Assembly: GCA_963514005.1 (NCBI GenBank)
Contig: OY740804.1
Coordinates: 19,654,001-19,718,000 of the forward strand
DNA length: 64,000 bases
From: Raja brachyura
Taxonomy: Eukaryota
Direction: 5' to 3'
Shown here: positions 39,191-52,246 of the stretch, in pieces
Numbering within the stretch: position 1 is the stretch's first letter
Layout of the letters: each line of letters begins with the position of its first letter
Notes under the pieces: generated by a model
Told to the model about the DNA's origin: nothing
Databases searched by the model: none
Seen by the model: only the letters and a program-made list of their open reading frames with translations
Position numbers and translations under genes: made by a program

Positions 39191-39279
39191 TGTTTTTAAG
39201 GTGCACAGTTTGGGCACAGAAGGAAATGTTCTCTACACTGTCCCCTCAAACACTCCCAGGGAACACGTGGTGTCAACAG

Positions 39280-40350
39280 ACAATAGGTGCAGGAGTAGGC
39301 CATTCGGCCCTGCGAGCCAGCACCGCCATTCAATGTGATCATGGCTGATCATCCCCAATCAGTACCCAGTTCCTGCTTTGTCCCCATATCCCCTCACTCT
39401 GCTATCTTTAAAAGCCCTATCTAGATCTCTCTTGAAAGTATCCAGAGAATCGGCCACTACCACCCTCTGAGGCAGAGAGTTCCACAGACTTACAACTCTC
39501 TGTGTGAAAAAGTATCCTCGTCTCTGTTCTGAATGGCTTACCCCTTATTCTTAAAATGTGGCCCCTGGTTCTGGACTCCCCCAACATCGGGAACATGTTT
39601 CCTACCTCAAACATGTCCAAACGCTTAATAATCTTATATGTTTCAATAAGATCCCCTCTCAACCTTCTAAACTCCAGAGTACACAAGCCCAGCTGTTCCA
39701 TTCTCTCGGCATATGACAGTCCCGCCATCCCGGGAATTAACCTTGTAAACCTACGCTGCACTCCCTCAATAGCGAGAATGTCCTTCCTCAAATTCCTCCA
39801 AACTGCACACAATACTCCAGGTGTGGTCACACTGGGGCCCTGTACAACTGCAGAAAGACATCTTTGCTCCTATACTCAACTCCTCTTGTTATGAAGGCCA
39901 ATATGCCATTTGTTTTCTTCACTGCCTGCTCTACCTGCATGCTTACTTTCATTGACTGATAAACAAGGACCCCCAGATCCCGTTGTACTTCCCCTTTTCC
40001 CAACTTGACACCATTCAGATAATAATCTACCTTCCTGTTTTTGCTACCAAAGTGGATAACCTCACATTTATCCACATTAAACTGCACCTGCCATGCATCT
40101 GCGCACTAACCCAACCTGTCCAAGTCACCCTGCATTCTCATAGCATCCTCCTCACAGTTCACACCGCCACCCAGCTTTGTGTCACCTGCAAATTTGCTAA
40201 TGTTACTTTGAATCCATTCATCTAAATCATTGATGTATATTGTAAATAGCTGTGGTCCCAGCACCGAGCCTTGCGGTGCCCCATTAGTCACTGCCTGCCA
40301 TTCTGATAGGGACCGGTTAATCCCTACTCTGTTTCCTGTCTGCCAACCAA
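39280..40350 (-). mobile_element. CR1 RT + 3' UTR fragment
   Basis: [27 protein letters not shown]; CR1 3' UTR. Confidence 0.85.
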
Positions 40351-40939
40351 ATGCGGAAGTTCTACTTGGGCCAAAACCTCCTCATGCACTGTGCTCTTTG
40401 CCATTTGGGCAAGAAAGTATTTTAAGACAAAGGCAGAAACTGCTGGTCAGATAGCATCTGCAAAGAAACAAACAGTTCCCGTTTCAGGTCTGAGTCTCTG
40501 TTAGATGGAATGCAAAGTAGTATAAAGCAAGTCCAGTGGGCAAATCAGGCAAAGTAGACAGTAGCAAAATAAGGCACATTGATGAACTGGTTAGCCAAAC
40601 TGCTTTTATCTTAACGCCAGAACCCCCTCATGATTGATGAGTTTTGAGCACCAGCCAACTGGGAATGTGAGGTCTTTGCAACCACAGAAATGTGGTTGAT
40701 AGTTGTTCAGGACTAGAAGCTCAATATTTGAGGGGGAGAAGTTTCAGGGAAAATGTCACGGCGCTATTCAGGGCAGATGTCTTCGAAGTCTCTTCCAAAG
40801 ACGCGATATGGGGAGCTGAGAAATAAGGTAGGGGAGGTTACTTTGTTAGGTCCATACTGTACATACCCCAACAGTCCATGGGAGATAAGGAAGCAGATAT
40901 GTAGACTAATTGCAGAAAGGTATAGGAGCAATAGCGTTA

Positions 40940-41730
40940 TGTCAATGGGAGAGAATGGGTTAATTACGAACTGTTAACATGGATTTGTCCAAGACATGTT
41001 GTGTATTACGAACTTGATCGAGTTTTTAAAGAAGGTGACAAAGATGATTGATGAGGATAGGGCATTGGATGTTGTCTTCATGGATATTAGTGAGGCATTT
41101 GATAAAGTCCCCCATGGTAGATTAAAATTCAGGGGATTAACAGTGACTTGGTTGATTCAGAACTGGCTTACTGATAGAAGACAGAGAATTGTGGTGTAAA
41201 GGACAATATTCAGGCTGGAGGTCTGTGGCCAGTGGAGTTCTGAAAGCATCTGTGATAAGACCACGGCTGTTTGTGATATCTAGTCATGACATAAACGCAA
41301 ACGTAGATTGTTGGTTAGTAAGATGGCAGATGACACTCAAGATTGCGAGGAAGCCTGATAAAGTATACAGTGGAATATAGATCAGCTACAGAAATGGGCA
41401 GAGAAATAGCAGATGGAGTTTAATCCTGTGAGGTGTTGCACTTTGGGATGTTGAATGTAAGAGGAAAATATACAATTACTGGCATGACCCTTAACAGCAT
41501 TGATGTAAGAGGGATCATGGAGTCCAAATCCATAACTACCAGAAAGTGGCAACACAAGTAGCTTGAGTGCTAAAGTAGCTAAGGCACATGGTATACTTGC
41601 TTTCGTAGTTGGGTCATTGAGCATAAGAGTCAGGAAGTCATGATACAGCTTTATAGGACTTTGGTTAGGATGCATATGGAGTATTGCGTATAGCTCTGCT
41701 CGCCTATTTACAGGAAGGATGTGGAGGAGG
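40940..41730 (+). mobile_element. Old degenerate CR1 RT fragment
   Basis: TNLIEFLKKVTKMIDEDRALDVVFMDISEAFDKVPHGRL. Confidence 0.7.
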
Positions 41731-41944
41731 TTTCGCAGAATAATGAAGATGTAGTAACAAAGAACTGCAAGTTCTGCAGATGCTGGTTTACACAGAAGGA
41801 CACAGTGCTGGAGTAACTCAGTAGGTCAGGTAGTATCTCTGAACAATATAGATAGGAGACATTTAGGGTCAGGACTGTTGCCTGATCCGCTGAGTTAATC
41901 CAGCAGTTTATGTCCTTTTACCAGAAAAATGGATGGATCAGGAG

Positions 41945-42930
41945 GTCAAGATTCAAGAGAGCTTATTGTCATGTGTCCCAGATAGGACAATGAAATTCTT
42001 GCTTTGCTTCAGCACAACAGAATTATAGAAGGCATGAATACGGAACAGATCAGTGTGTCCATATACCATTGTATAAATATATACACACATGAATAAATAA
42101 AACAGATAAAGTGCAAATAAACAGATAATTTACTATTAATGTTCAGAGTTTTGTTTGAGTTGAGTTCAATAGCCTGATGGCTGTAGGGAAGAAGCTGTTT
42201 CTGAACCTGGACGTTGCAGTCTTCAGGCTCCTGTACCTTCTACCTGAAGGAAGCGGGGAGATGAGTGTGTGGCCAGGATGGTGTGGGTCTTTGATGATGT
42301 TGGCAGCCTTTTTGAGGCAGCGACTACGATAGGTCGCTTCGATGGTGGGGAGGTCAGAACCGGTGATGGACTAGGCAGTGTTCAAAATTTTCTGCAGTCT
42401 TTTCCGCTCCTGGACGTTCAAGTTGCCGAACCAGGCCATGATGCAGCCAATCAGTATGCTCTCTACTGTGCACCTGTAGAAGTTCGAGAGAGTCCTCCTT
42501 GACATACCGACACTCCGTAATCTTCTCAGGAAGTAGAGGCACTGATGTGCCTTCTTTTTAATTGCATTAGTGTGCTGGGATTAGGAAAGATCTTCGGAAA
42601 TATGCATGCCCAGGAATTTGAAGTTTTTGACCTTCCACCACCGTCCCGTTTATATAAACGGGATAGTGGGTCCCTTTCCTACCCCTTCCAAAGTCCACAA
42701 TCAGTTCCTTGGATTTACTAATGTTGAGAGCCAGTTTGTTGTGCTGGGACCATTTGGTCAATCGGTCGATCTCACTTCTATACTCTGACTCAACTCCATT
42801 TGTGATTTGTTCCACAACAGTGGTGTCGGCGAACTTGATGATGGAGTTCACACTATGTCCGGCTACACAGTCATGAGTATAGAGCGAGTACAGCAGGGGG
42901 CTGAGCACGCAGCCTTGAGGTGCTCCTATG
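41945..42930 (-). mobile_element. Rex1/Babar-like retrotransposon 3' half
   Basis: LSPLLYSLYTHDC..IIKFADTTV..LNISKSKELIVDF; 3' UTR matches 950-1140. Confidence 0.85.
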
Positions 42931-44453
42931 CTGATTCTTACCTCCCTGGTCTTGCAATATCTTTGGTATCTGTACTATCAGCCTTTAAATTTGTCTTTGT
43001 TCCTGCCTACCTCTGCCTCAATATCTTTTTCACACTTTTTCTCTACAGATGGAGACCAGCTCCATTGTATGCTTCACACGTCTAGCTACTTGTTGATCAG
43101 AAGTGCTCTGAACCTCCATCATTTCCTGCCACCATTTGATGTAGTGTTTCATTAACCCCTCGTCTTGTGAGAACCACTTCATCACCTTGACAATAGCTCC
43201 TGATCTTCTCAGGCATCTGGATATTGAGATCCATCAGCTCTCTGATGGTACAAATTAACAGTAGAAGACATAAATACAATGCTCAGAGAGGATATTCATG
43301 GGCGAGTGTCCAATTAAGCTGCATGAGTAGAACTTAGAAACAGGAAGGGTGTGATCAGATTCAAGGGCCATTTATAGACTTCCCATCTCCGCACACCCAC
43401 AATAGCAGGATATTTAAAGAAGTGTAGAGTGATTGCAGAGACCTGTAAAAATAAGAGGATAATATTAGTGGGAAATTTCAACTTCCCTAATATTGAATGC
43501 ATGTCAATAAGAGGAAAATCACTAGGACAAGTGATTGAAGTGCCTTATGAATTTGATTCGGTTTCTGAAGTAATCAAGAAAGCTAACAAGGGCAATGCCG
43601 TTGCTGTTGTTTATATGGACCAGCAAGACTTTTGATAAGATTCAGCATGGTCGTTTTCTCTAGAAGGTCAGATTGCATGGGATCCCGGGGGAGCTAGCTG
43701 GCAGGATACAGAATTGGCTTCACGGAAGGAAGTTTGCAGATGACACTAAAGTAAGTGCTATCATGGACAGTGAAGATGATTCTCTTGGAAGCTAAGGAAT
43801 TGAGGCAAATGATTTGTGTTGCCTTAAATCTTATAGAATTACCAAGGAGGAGGCGTTGACACTGTTATACCACAATAAGGTGGATAAATACCCATGGTCT
43901 AACCAAGTACATATGGTACAATTAAGACAGATATGATGGAGGCCTTTGCAGATATATTTGCATCATTGTTAGCCACAGGTGTTCTGGAAGACTGGAGGGT
44001 GGCTACTGTTGTATTTAAGAAGGATAACTCGGGGAACTACAGACCGATGAGCCTGAAGTAAGTGCGAGTTAAATTATTGGAGGGAATCCTTAGGGAACAG
44101 GATGTACAAGCATTTGGATAAAGCATGATGTCTCAGCTCTTATATTCTATGCTACAGCTGGTGAGGGCATGCATTCATATATCTCCTTCACTATCCTTTC
44201 TCCCTGCAAAGTAATGCATTTCGGCAGTCAAATAAGGAAAGGACTATCTGTTGCCACATTCATGTATCTGTGGACTTGCACCTGAAGATCCTTCTGCCCA
44301 TCTACACTCCCTAGGGTCCGACCATTTACTTCCCTTATTTGACTTCCTAAAAGCGTCACCTTGCCTTTGACAGGATTTAACTGCATCTGCCATTGCTCTG
44401 CCCAACTTTCCATCTGATCAATATCATTATGTAAACTAAGATAGTCCTCCTTG

Positions 44454-45488
44454 TAGCAATGTTACAAAATTTTGAGATTTTAAAAATCAAGTCTGCAATT
44501 TATACCATCAGATAAAGCATAAAAGGAAGTTTAATTTGACACCTAATTCACTTTCATATCTTCAGTATTAAGAAAGTTATGGCCATTTTCATACTCGGAA
44601 ATGAGCATCTTGTTCCCCATTGCCTTTCAATTGACTTAACTCAAAAGCTGTGATCTGGAAAAGTTAAAAGCCCATAACATTCTTAAAAATTAAGAGAACT
44701 CAATGAAATTTTCAGTTATTATAGATTGAAGCATTCTGAAACAAATATTAAACAATCTTACTTGGATTACCTGAAATTAAAGCATATAATTAGTTAGTTA
44801 TCTAATTGTAGCTAATTACAAAATTCAATGAGTAGATCTAAACATCTATCCATTTATTAAGAAAAGATAAACTTTTTTTAAATTGCCTAAGTGTCCAAAT
44901 AACATTCACACAATAATCCACAATATAACATAATTTTTAAATCTAATTTTCATGAATTTCTGGGCCAAATGGAAGGAATTTAGTGTTTGATTCCTGTAAA
45001 TTAATGGCCATTTAAATCAACTAGCAAGTGGGTTTTAGTGGAATGCGGTGGATTAGAACGTTGCGGTTAGCGGTGAAGTCGGGGGGAAAAATACTGGGGG
45101 TTCATACATTTTTTGGGGACCCCATTTCGCAACATAAAAATATTATTAATGCCTCCCGAAAAACCAACTTTTAATATAAAAATAAAGTATTTACCTTTTT
45201 TTCTCCCCTACGGAAAATGCTTCCGGTTGTCTGCGCTCACGGCTTTTGAAGGTGATTTTTAAATTACTCTAGTTAATAAATAATCTAGAGTAATTTAAAA
45301 ATACCACCATTCATGAAATGTCGGAGCGATTTTTCTTCAGCAACCAAATCGCCCGACATTGATCGATTTGTCCTGCCTGTTGAAAAACGGCACTTTAAGC
45401 CCGGCCCCCTCTGCAAGGCGTGAAAGTCGCGCACACGGGGAGCGGCAGAAGTGCAGCGCCGGTAAAGGTACGTTTTGTAACATACCTA
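44454..45488 (+). mobile_element. Complete non-autonomous DNA transposon (~1035 bp), TAG...CTA termini, imperfect 16-bp TIR, 7-bp TSD
   Basis: Starts TAGCAATGTTACAAAA, ends TTTTGTAACATACCTA; CTCCTTG at 44447-44453 and 45489-45495. Confidence 0.9.
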
Positions 45489-46713
45489 CTCCTTGCTACA
45501 GTATATACAGCACCATTATTCATGTAACAGAAAGAGAGAGAGAGGGGCAAAGAGAAAGATTACAGAAGGCAACCCACCTTTTTCTCTCCCTCCCCATCTC
45601 TGTGAGAAACTGTCTCTCCTATGGCTGACATTGCAGTAAGTGCGGAGTGACAACAGGAGTTGCAGTCTGTTCTTTTTTGTTAATATTTTTAGCAGGCAGT
45701 TGACGGGTCTGACTGCCCAAAGTAAAGAGTCAAGAGTGAAGAGTGTTTAAATGTCATGCGTATGAACAATGGAACAATTAAATTCTTACTTGGAGCAGCA
45801 TAAAGGGCCTGTAACAAAAATAAAATAAATACATTCATAACTAACCTCACCCCTCCGTTCAAAAAAATACATGCAAAAAGGGCTGAAGTCCTTAGAGCAA
45901 TCAAAGTCAGTCCACGGTTTATAGTTTAGTTAATGTTTTGTTGTGTTCAAGAACCTAATGTTTGCTGGGACGGAGTTATAATTGAATCTGGTGGTCACCG
46001 TATTCAGACTTTTAAACCTTCTTCCTGATTCTAGGAGTGAACAGAGAGACATTCCAAGGGCTTGTGGGTCTTTCATGATGCTCCCTGCTTTTTATGAAGC
46101 AGTCTATCCTATTGATGGTGGGGTGATCAGTACCCATGATAAAGAAATTGGTGGTGTCCAGCACTTCTTACAATCTCCTTTGTTCCTGCATGTTTCAGTT
46201 TAGTTTAGTTTAGTTTAGAGATGTACAAACTCCGTACAGATCGAACCCAGGTCTCCAGCGTTGCACTCGTTGTAAAGTAGCAACCCTAACGCTGCTCCAC
46301 CATGATCTTGCTGAACAAGATTGTTATACACCTATCTGTAGAAGTTCGAGAGAGTATTCACGTTCACATGTAATAGGAGTAAAATTGGGCCATTCGGTCC
46401 ATCAAGTCTACTCTGCCATTCAATCATGGTTGATCTCTGCCTTCTAATCACATTTCCCTGCCTTCTCCCCATAACTCTTGACGCCCGTTCTAATCAAGAA
46501 TTTGTCTATCTCTGCCTTAAAAATATCCACTGACTTGACCTCCACTGTGGCAATGAATTTCACAGATTAACTACCCTCTGACTAAAAAAGTAACTCCTCA
46601 CCTCCTTTCCAAAAGGGCGGACTTTAATTCTGAGGCTATGACCTCTGGTCCTAGACTCTCCCAGCAATGGAAGCATCCTTTCCACATCCACTCTATTTTT
46701 CATTATTCGGTCA

Positions 46714-47203
46714 AGGGCCTGTCCTACAAGCATGCAACTCTATGCGATGAGCGCAACCTAACGTGATCGCCTGAGCCGTCCGGCGTCGCGGGGCTGGTCC
46801 CACTTCGATCGCCGGAGCCATGCAGAATTATGCGGAGTTTGTCCCGACATCGCGCGGGGCTCCGAAAAACTGACTATGTTCAAAAATTCCGCGCGGCAAC
46901 GGCTTGTCGGCTCGCAGTCGCCTCGACGCATTACACACCGTCTCGACGTCATGCCTCCGTGACCCTCTCTGTAGGTGCCTCCGTGACCCTCTATGTGTGT
47001 GGCTCTGTGGCCCTCTGTGTGTGTGCCTCTGTGCCCCTCTCCGTGTGCCCCTCTCTGTCCTGGCGAACTTACCTTTGAAGACTTCGCTCCAAGTTCGCCT
47101 CACTTTGCGCCGCGTTGCGCCACTCACCCGACCTCCGCGCGGCACTCGCTGCTGGTTTGATCGCGCTCATCGCATGGAGTCGGATGCTGGTAGGACAGGC
47201 CCT
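46714..47203. mobile_element. PIF/Harbinger-type MITE inserted in a CR1 fragment
   Basis: TIR AGGGCCTGTCCTAC...GTAGGACAGGCCCT extending imperfectly ~45 bp; 3-bp target TCA/TAA; internal GTGCCTCCGTGACCCTCT-type tandem repeat. Confidence 0.8.
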
Positions 47204-49234
47204 TAAGTTTCAATTAGGTCACTCCCCAACCTTCTAAACTCCAGCGAGTAGGTGCCCAGTGCTGTCAAACGCTTACCGTTGACATATCAAACCTCCTCAA
47301 GCTTCTAAGGAAGTGGAGGTGTTGATGGGCTTTCGTTACTGCAACATTGTGCTGGGCCCAGAGCCCCAGGTAATCACACCCTGACAGTGGAGGTCAGAGG
47401 CTGCTGACAAGGTGCAATAAGCTTGTTCTCACAAAGTGAGGTGTTAATTAAACATTACAAGAAATGGTGGCAGGAAGCGAGAGAGGCTCAAAACAATTCT
47501 GATCAACAACTTGTGAGATGTGTGAAGTGGAAAATGGAGCTAGAGTCCACATATAGAGAGTGTGTGAGAGAAATACAGAGGGACAGACACACAGGCAGAA
47601 ACAAAAGCAGAGAGATCACAGTTAGAGGCACTAAAAAAGTTGAGGGACCAGGAGGTAATGTAAATTGAATGAAGCAAAACGACAGTGACATAGAAAGAGT
47701 GAGAGTATATTGACTGGTAGAGAGACTGATCGAGACTGAATGGGCCTCAACAAACTGAGGAAAAAGAGTGAGTGGAGGAGAGGGATTAGTACAAAGATAG
47801 ACACAAAGTGCTGGAGTAACTCAGCAGGTCAGGCAGCATCTCTTTCCGACTCACTCCTCTCTGGTTTAAATGGCGAGCAGGCCCAGGTGGGATTGCATCC
47901 CTGCTCTGTGTTTGTGATGAAGGTTGACATTCCATCTGTCCCCTTCGCTGCTTGCTGTCCTTGCCCGTTTCAATGATGCCCTGTCCCCCCCCCCCCCCCC
48001 CCCCCCCCCGTTCACCACCACTTCCATAATACTTTGCCTTTCTGATTTTCCCTACCTACATGTATAACCATGTTTATCCACATTACATCACACATTTGCC
48101 CATTGAACTTGTCTAATTAATTTTGGAGCTGCCTTCCATCCTCTTCAAAACATTCAAGTTCCCTTATCCAAATCATTAATGTATATCATGAACAGAGCAC
48201 AGAAGCAGGCCTTCATCCCACCATCTAGTCCCCATCTGCACTGATTCCTTTTCCCACCCTTGGTCCGTGACCTTCTGAGCCTTGGCCATTTATAGAAAAT
48301 TGAACAGTAAAGCACAGGTATAGGCCAATAGAATGTCCATGCCAAACATGATGCAATTAAACTTATCTCTGTCTGCATATTATTCATAATTTCATGTTAT
48401 AGGAGCAGAATTAGGCCAGTTGGCCCATCAAGTCTACTCCGCCATTCAATCATGGCTGATCTATCTTTCCCACTCAACCCCATTCTCCTGCCTTCTCCCC
48501 AAAACCCCAGACAGTCTTCTGTGGTAATGAATTCTACAGATTCACCAACTTCTGACTAAAGAAATTCCTCGTCAACTCCTTTCTAAAGGTACGTCCTTTT
48601 ATTCTGAGGCTATGGCCTCTGATCCTAGACTAGTGGAAACGTCCTCTCCACATCCACTCTATTCAGGCCTTTCACTTCTAAACTCTAGCGAGTACAGGCC
48701 CAGTGCCGTCAAACGCTCATCATACATTGACCTCAATAATTTGCCTGACAATGTACCGATGTACCATGTACCTACCTAAAAGCATCTTAAATATGACTAT
48801 CAAATCTGCTCTTCTTTCCAGGCACCCAGCGCTGTTTCACTCTTGCATCCCCAGCAATGCTAGTAAGTGAAATATATCCTTTCCATGTAGGCAGAACCAA
48901 AGTACAGGGTTTGATAATGGACTCTCTGTACATGTTAGTGAGTGTTTGGAAGACCAGCGGAAGGGATGGGGGATAGGGTTGGATTTGCCAGCTACTGCGG
49001 CTGTAGCCCGCACCATCTTCTGCCCGTGAGAATGGGTCTTTTCCACCTGCTGCCTCTTCCACTCCATCCCCCCCCCCCCATCCCCTGAGCCTCATCATTC
49101 AAGGTCCGGATCGAGCTGAGCTGAAAGCATTGAGCAGACTTGCTCACAAAATGAGTCAGTGAGGCTGCTGATGGCTATCCGTCCCATGCCCACTGGCACT
49201 TCCGTCATAGTTGTTTCTGTGATTTTCCCCTGCA

Positions 49235-49540
49235 CAGTTGTGCAGGTGTAGATTTGCTGCCCTACAGTGCCAGAGACCCAGGTTCAATCCTGACTGCAGG
49301 TGCTGTCTATACAGATTTTGTACAGTACGTTCCCCCTACATCCATGTGGGTTCTCTCCGGGTGCTCGTGTTTCCACCCACATTCCAAAGACGTGCAGGTT
49401 TGTAGGTTAATTAGCTTCTCTAAATTGTCCATAGAGTGTAAGATAGAGATAGAGTATGAGTCATCACTAGTGGGCATGGACTCGGTGAGCCAAAGGGCCT
49501 GTTTCCACGATGTATCTCTAAAGTTTAGAGTCTAAACTAA
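49235..49540 (+). mobile_element. tRNA-derived V-SINE
   Basis: GGTTCAATCC B box, V-domain, CTAAA tail. Confidence 0.75.
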
Positions 49541-49663
49541 ACACATTTGTTCAAGCTTATCAACAGGTATCAAACATTCTCAGGAAAGGAAATCTGCTCT
49601 AACCTGGTGACTTCCTTATCAGTTTACTTGATCTCCCAGTTCTTTGTCCCCCTTTATGAATTA

Positions 49664-51165
49664 CTAGACTAAGTGCAGACCCGTTGGGTCCGCTTCCCCA
49701 ACGCAACATTCCACCACTCACCCGTTCCCCCAACGCAACCCATTCCCCCAATGCAATATTCCACCACTCTCACATAGCCCTCAACTGCGCAGGCACGGCT
49801 CATTTCCCCTCATCCCCAGCACTCCCTCCTCCTCCTCTTCACCCTCCCTCTTCTTTGCCCTCGCCCAATCCCTCCATCCCCTCTCCCTCTCCTTTCCCCT
49901 ACCCTCAGTCACTCCCTCACACCCTCCATAACTCCTCCCTTCCCTACCCCCTCCTATCCCTCTATCCCCCACTCCTCACCTCCCCCTATCCCCCCCATAT
50001 CCTGACCTCGCCGCTGCCCTCCTCTCTCTCTATTCCCCACTCCCTACCTCCTCCACTACCCCCACTCTCCCTCCTCACCTCCCCCAATCCCCCCCTACCC
50101 CTCCTCTCCCTCAAGGCCCCCACTCTCCCTCCTCACCTCCCCAGGATCTTCCACTCTCCTCCTCCCCTCCCCCAATCCCTGCCACACCTCTCCCTCCCTC
50201 TCCTTTCCCTTATCCTCAGTCACTCCCTCCCTCCATAAAGAGCAGCATCTGCAATTCCTTCCTCCACAGGTCATTCATTGTTAGCTGTGGTTTAGATCCC
50301 GTTGACTTGACGATTGCACCAGTTTGCATCGTGTGTGTGTGTGTGTGTGTGAGTTACTCAAACTCCACCCAAACTGCTCGGCCACCCTGCAACCCAACTC
50401 TCCCTCCCTCCCTCTGCCCACTCCTGCTCGGCCCATCCCCGTCCTGTCCGACTGCCCGCTGCTGCCGCTCGGCCCGTCCACGCCCTGTCCACCGACCTAC
50501 CTGCCTGCCTGCTCGCTGCTGCCATTGGGCTGGGCCACGGGGGGGGATGGAGTTGGTTCATCATGGTTGGCACCACGAGTTTCGACGAGCTGGTGGAGAA
50601 GATCTCCTCAAAGAGGGCCATGTGGGTGAGTTACTGCAGCTGTGGCGGAGGAGAGTGACAGTCACAGCCATTCACCCGGGAGGATGGGTAGGTGGGACCA
50701 CCATTGCCACAGACGGAGGGCAGGGGAGAGGGGTGAGTGAGGGAGAGGGAGACTGAACCAGGGCCTCCACTGAACCTCCCCCCTGCGGCCACCGCCGGTG
50801 GTGGGGGAGACGGTGGATAAGTTACTGTGAGGAGGGGAGAGAGGAGTTTGTGAATGAGGCGGGAAAGGCCACGGTGCAGGAAGGGGAGTCACCAGCCCGG
50901 TCGTGGACTTGACTGACAGGAGAGGAGACCAATCTGCGTGGCGCTGACTGACAGAAGAGAGCAATCTGCGCATGTGCAGTTTTAAAGATAATTAAACCTT
51001 AATAACTTTTAAAGTATACCATCGATGGGAACAAAACTTATTGCACTTGCAGCACAGGAGAATGATGAGTAAGGTGGCGAAAAATTGTAGCGCTATCGTG
51101 TATCATTTTTGTGCAAATAGAAAACCCAGGCAAACTGGAAGATCACAAGATCAGAGTTTTATAGA
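49664..51165 (-). mobile_element. Non-autonomous Helitron
   Basis: Minus strand starts TCTATAAAACTCTGATC and ends CTAG; GC-rich hairpin GCGGACCC-AAC-GGGTCTGC (49675-49693) 11 nt from the 3' end; inserted between A and T with no TSD. Confidence 0.85.
50547..50625 (+). pseudogene. ALG13: Captured ALG13-like first coding exon (2-nt deletion) inside the Helitron
   Basis: ATG GAG TTG G/TTC ATC ATG GTT GGC ACC ACG AGT TTC GAC GAG CTG... = MEL(V)FIMVGTTSFDELVEKISSKRAMW, then GTGAGT; resembles the ALG13 N-terminus MKCVFVTVGTTSFDDL. Confidence 0.75.
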
Positions 51166-51211
51166 TAACCGGCGGGGAGGGAGAGAGGGAGAGAGGGAGA
51201 GAGAGAGAGAG

Positions 51212-52246
51212 TAGGTACGTTACAAAACTTACCTTGAGCAGCGCTGCAGTTCTGCCGCTCCCCGTGTGCGCGACTTTGGCGCCTTTCAGAGGGGGGCGGG
51301 CTTAAAGTGCCGTTTTTCTTCAGACTGGGCAAATCGATCAATGTCGGGCGATTTTGTTGCGGAAGAAAAATCGCTCCGACATTTCATTAATGAAGGTAAT
51401 TTTAAATTACCCTACATTATTTATTATCTAGAGTAATTTAAAAATCACCTTCAAAAGCCGTGAGCGCCGATAACGGGAAGGATTTTGCGTAGGGGAGAAA
51501 AAAAGGTACACAGTTTATTTTTATATTAAAAGTTGGTTTTTATGGAGGCTTTAATAATATTTTCATGTCGCGAAATGGGGTCCAAAAAAAATGTGTGAAC
51601 CAACAGTGTTCTTCATACCGACTTCACAGCAAACCACAACGTTCCAATCCGCCGCATTCCACTAAAACCCACTCGCTAGTTGATTTAAATGGCCATTAAT
51701 TTACAGGCATTAAACACTAAATTCCTTCCATTTGGCCCAGAAATTCATGAAAATTAGATTTAAAAATTATGTTATATTGTGGATTATTGTGTGAATGTTA
51801 TTTGGACACTTAGGCAATTTAAAAAAAGTTTATCTTTTCTTAAGAAATGGATAGATGTTTAGATCTACTCATTGAATTTTGTAATTAGCTACAATTAGAT
51901 AACTAACTAATTATATGGTTTAATTTCAGGTCATCCAAGTAAGATTGTTTCATATTTGTTTCAGAATGCTTCAAACTATAATAACTGAAAATTTCATTGA
52001 GTTCTCTTAATTCTTAAGAAAGTTATGGGCTTTTAACGGTTCCAGATCACAGCTTTTGAGTTAAGTCAATTGAAAGGCAATGGGGAACAAGATGCTAATT
52101 TCCGAGTATGAAAATGGTCATAACTTTCTTAATATTGAAGATATGAAAGTGAATTAGGTGTCAAATTAAACTTCTTTTTATGCTTTATCTGATGGGATAA
52201 ATTGCAGACTTGATTTTTAAAATCTCAAAATTTTGTAACATTGCTA
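51212..52246 (-). mobile_element. Complete copy of the TAG...CTA DNA transposon, inverted relative to 44454-45488
   Basis: Starts TAGGTACGTTACAAAA, ends TTTTGTAACATTGCTA; inserted in a GA microsatellite with GAGAGAG on both sides. Confidence 0.9.

Noticed and set aside
45600-45641. Alternative leader exon for gene B ending at GTAAGT
   Set aside because: The hydrophobic frame (LSLLWLTL) ends in phase 2 and the phase-1 frame contains a stop, so it cannot splice in frame to the IgV exon.
49684-50238. 184-aa Pro/Ser/Leu-rich ORF
   Set aside because: Translation of a low-complexity pyrimidine tract inside the Helitron.
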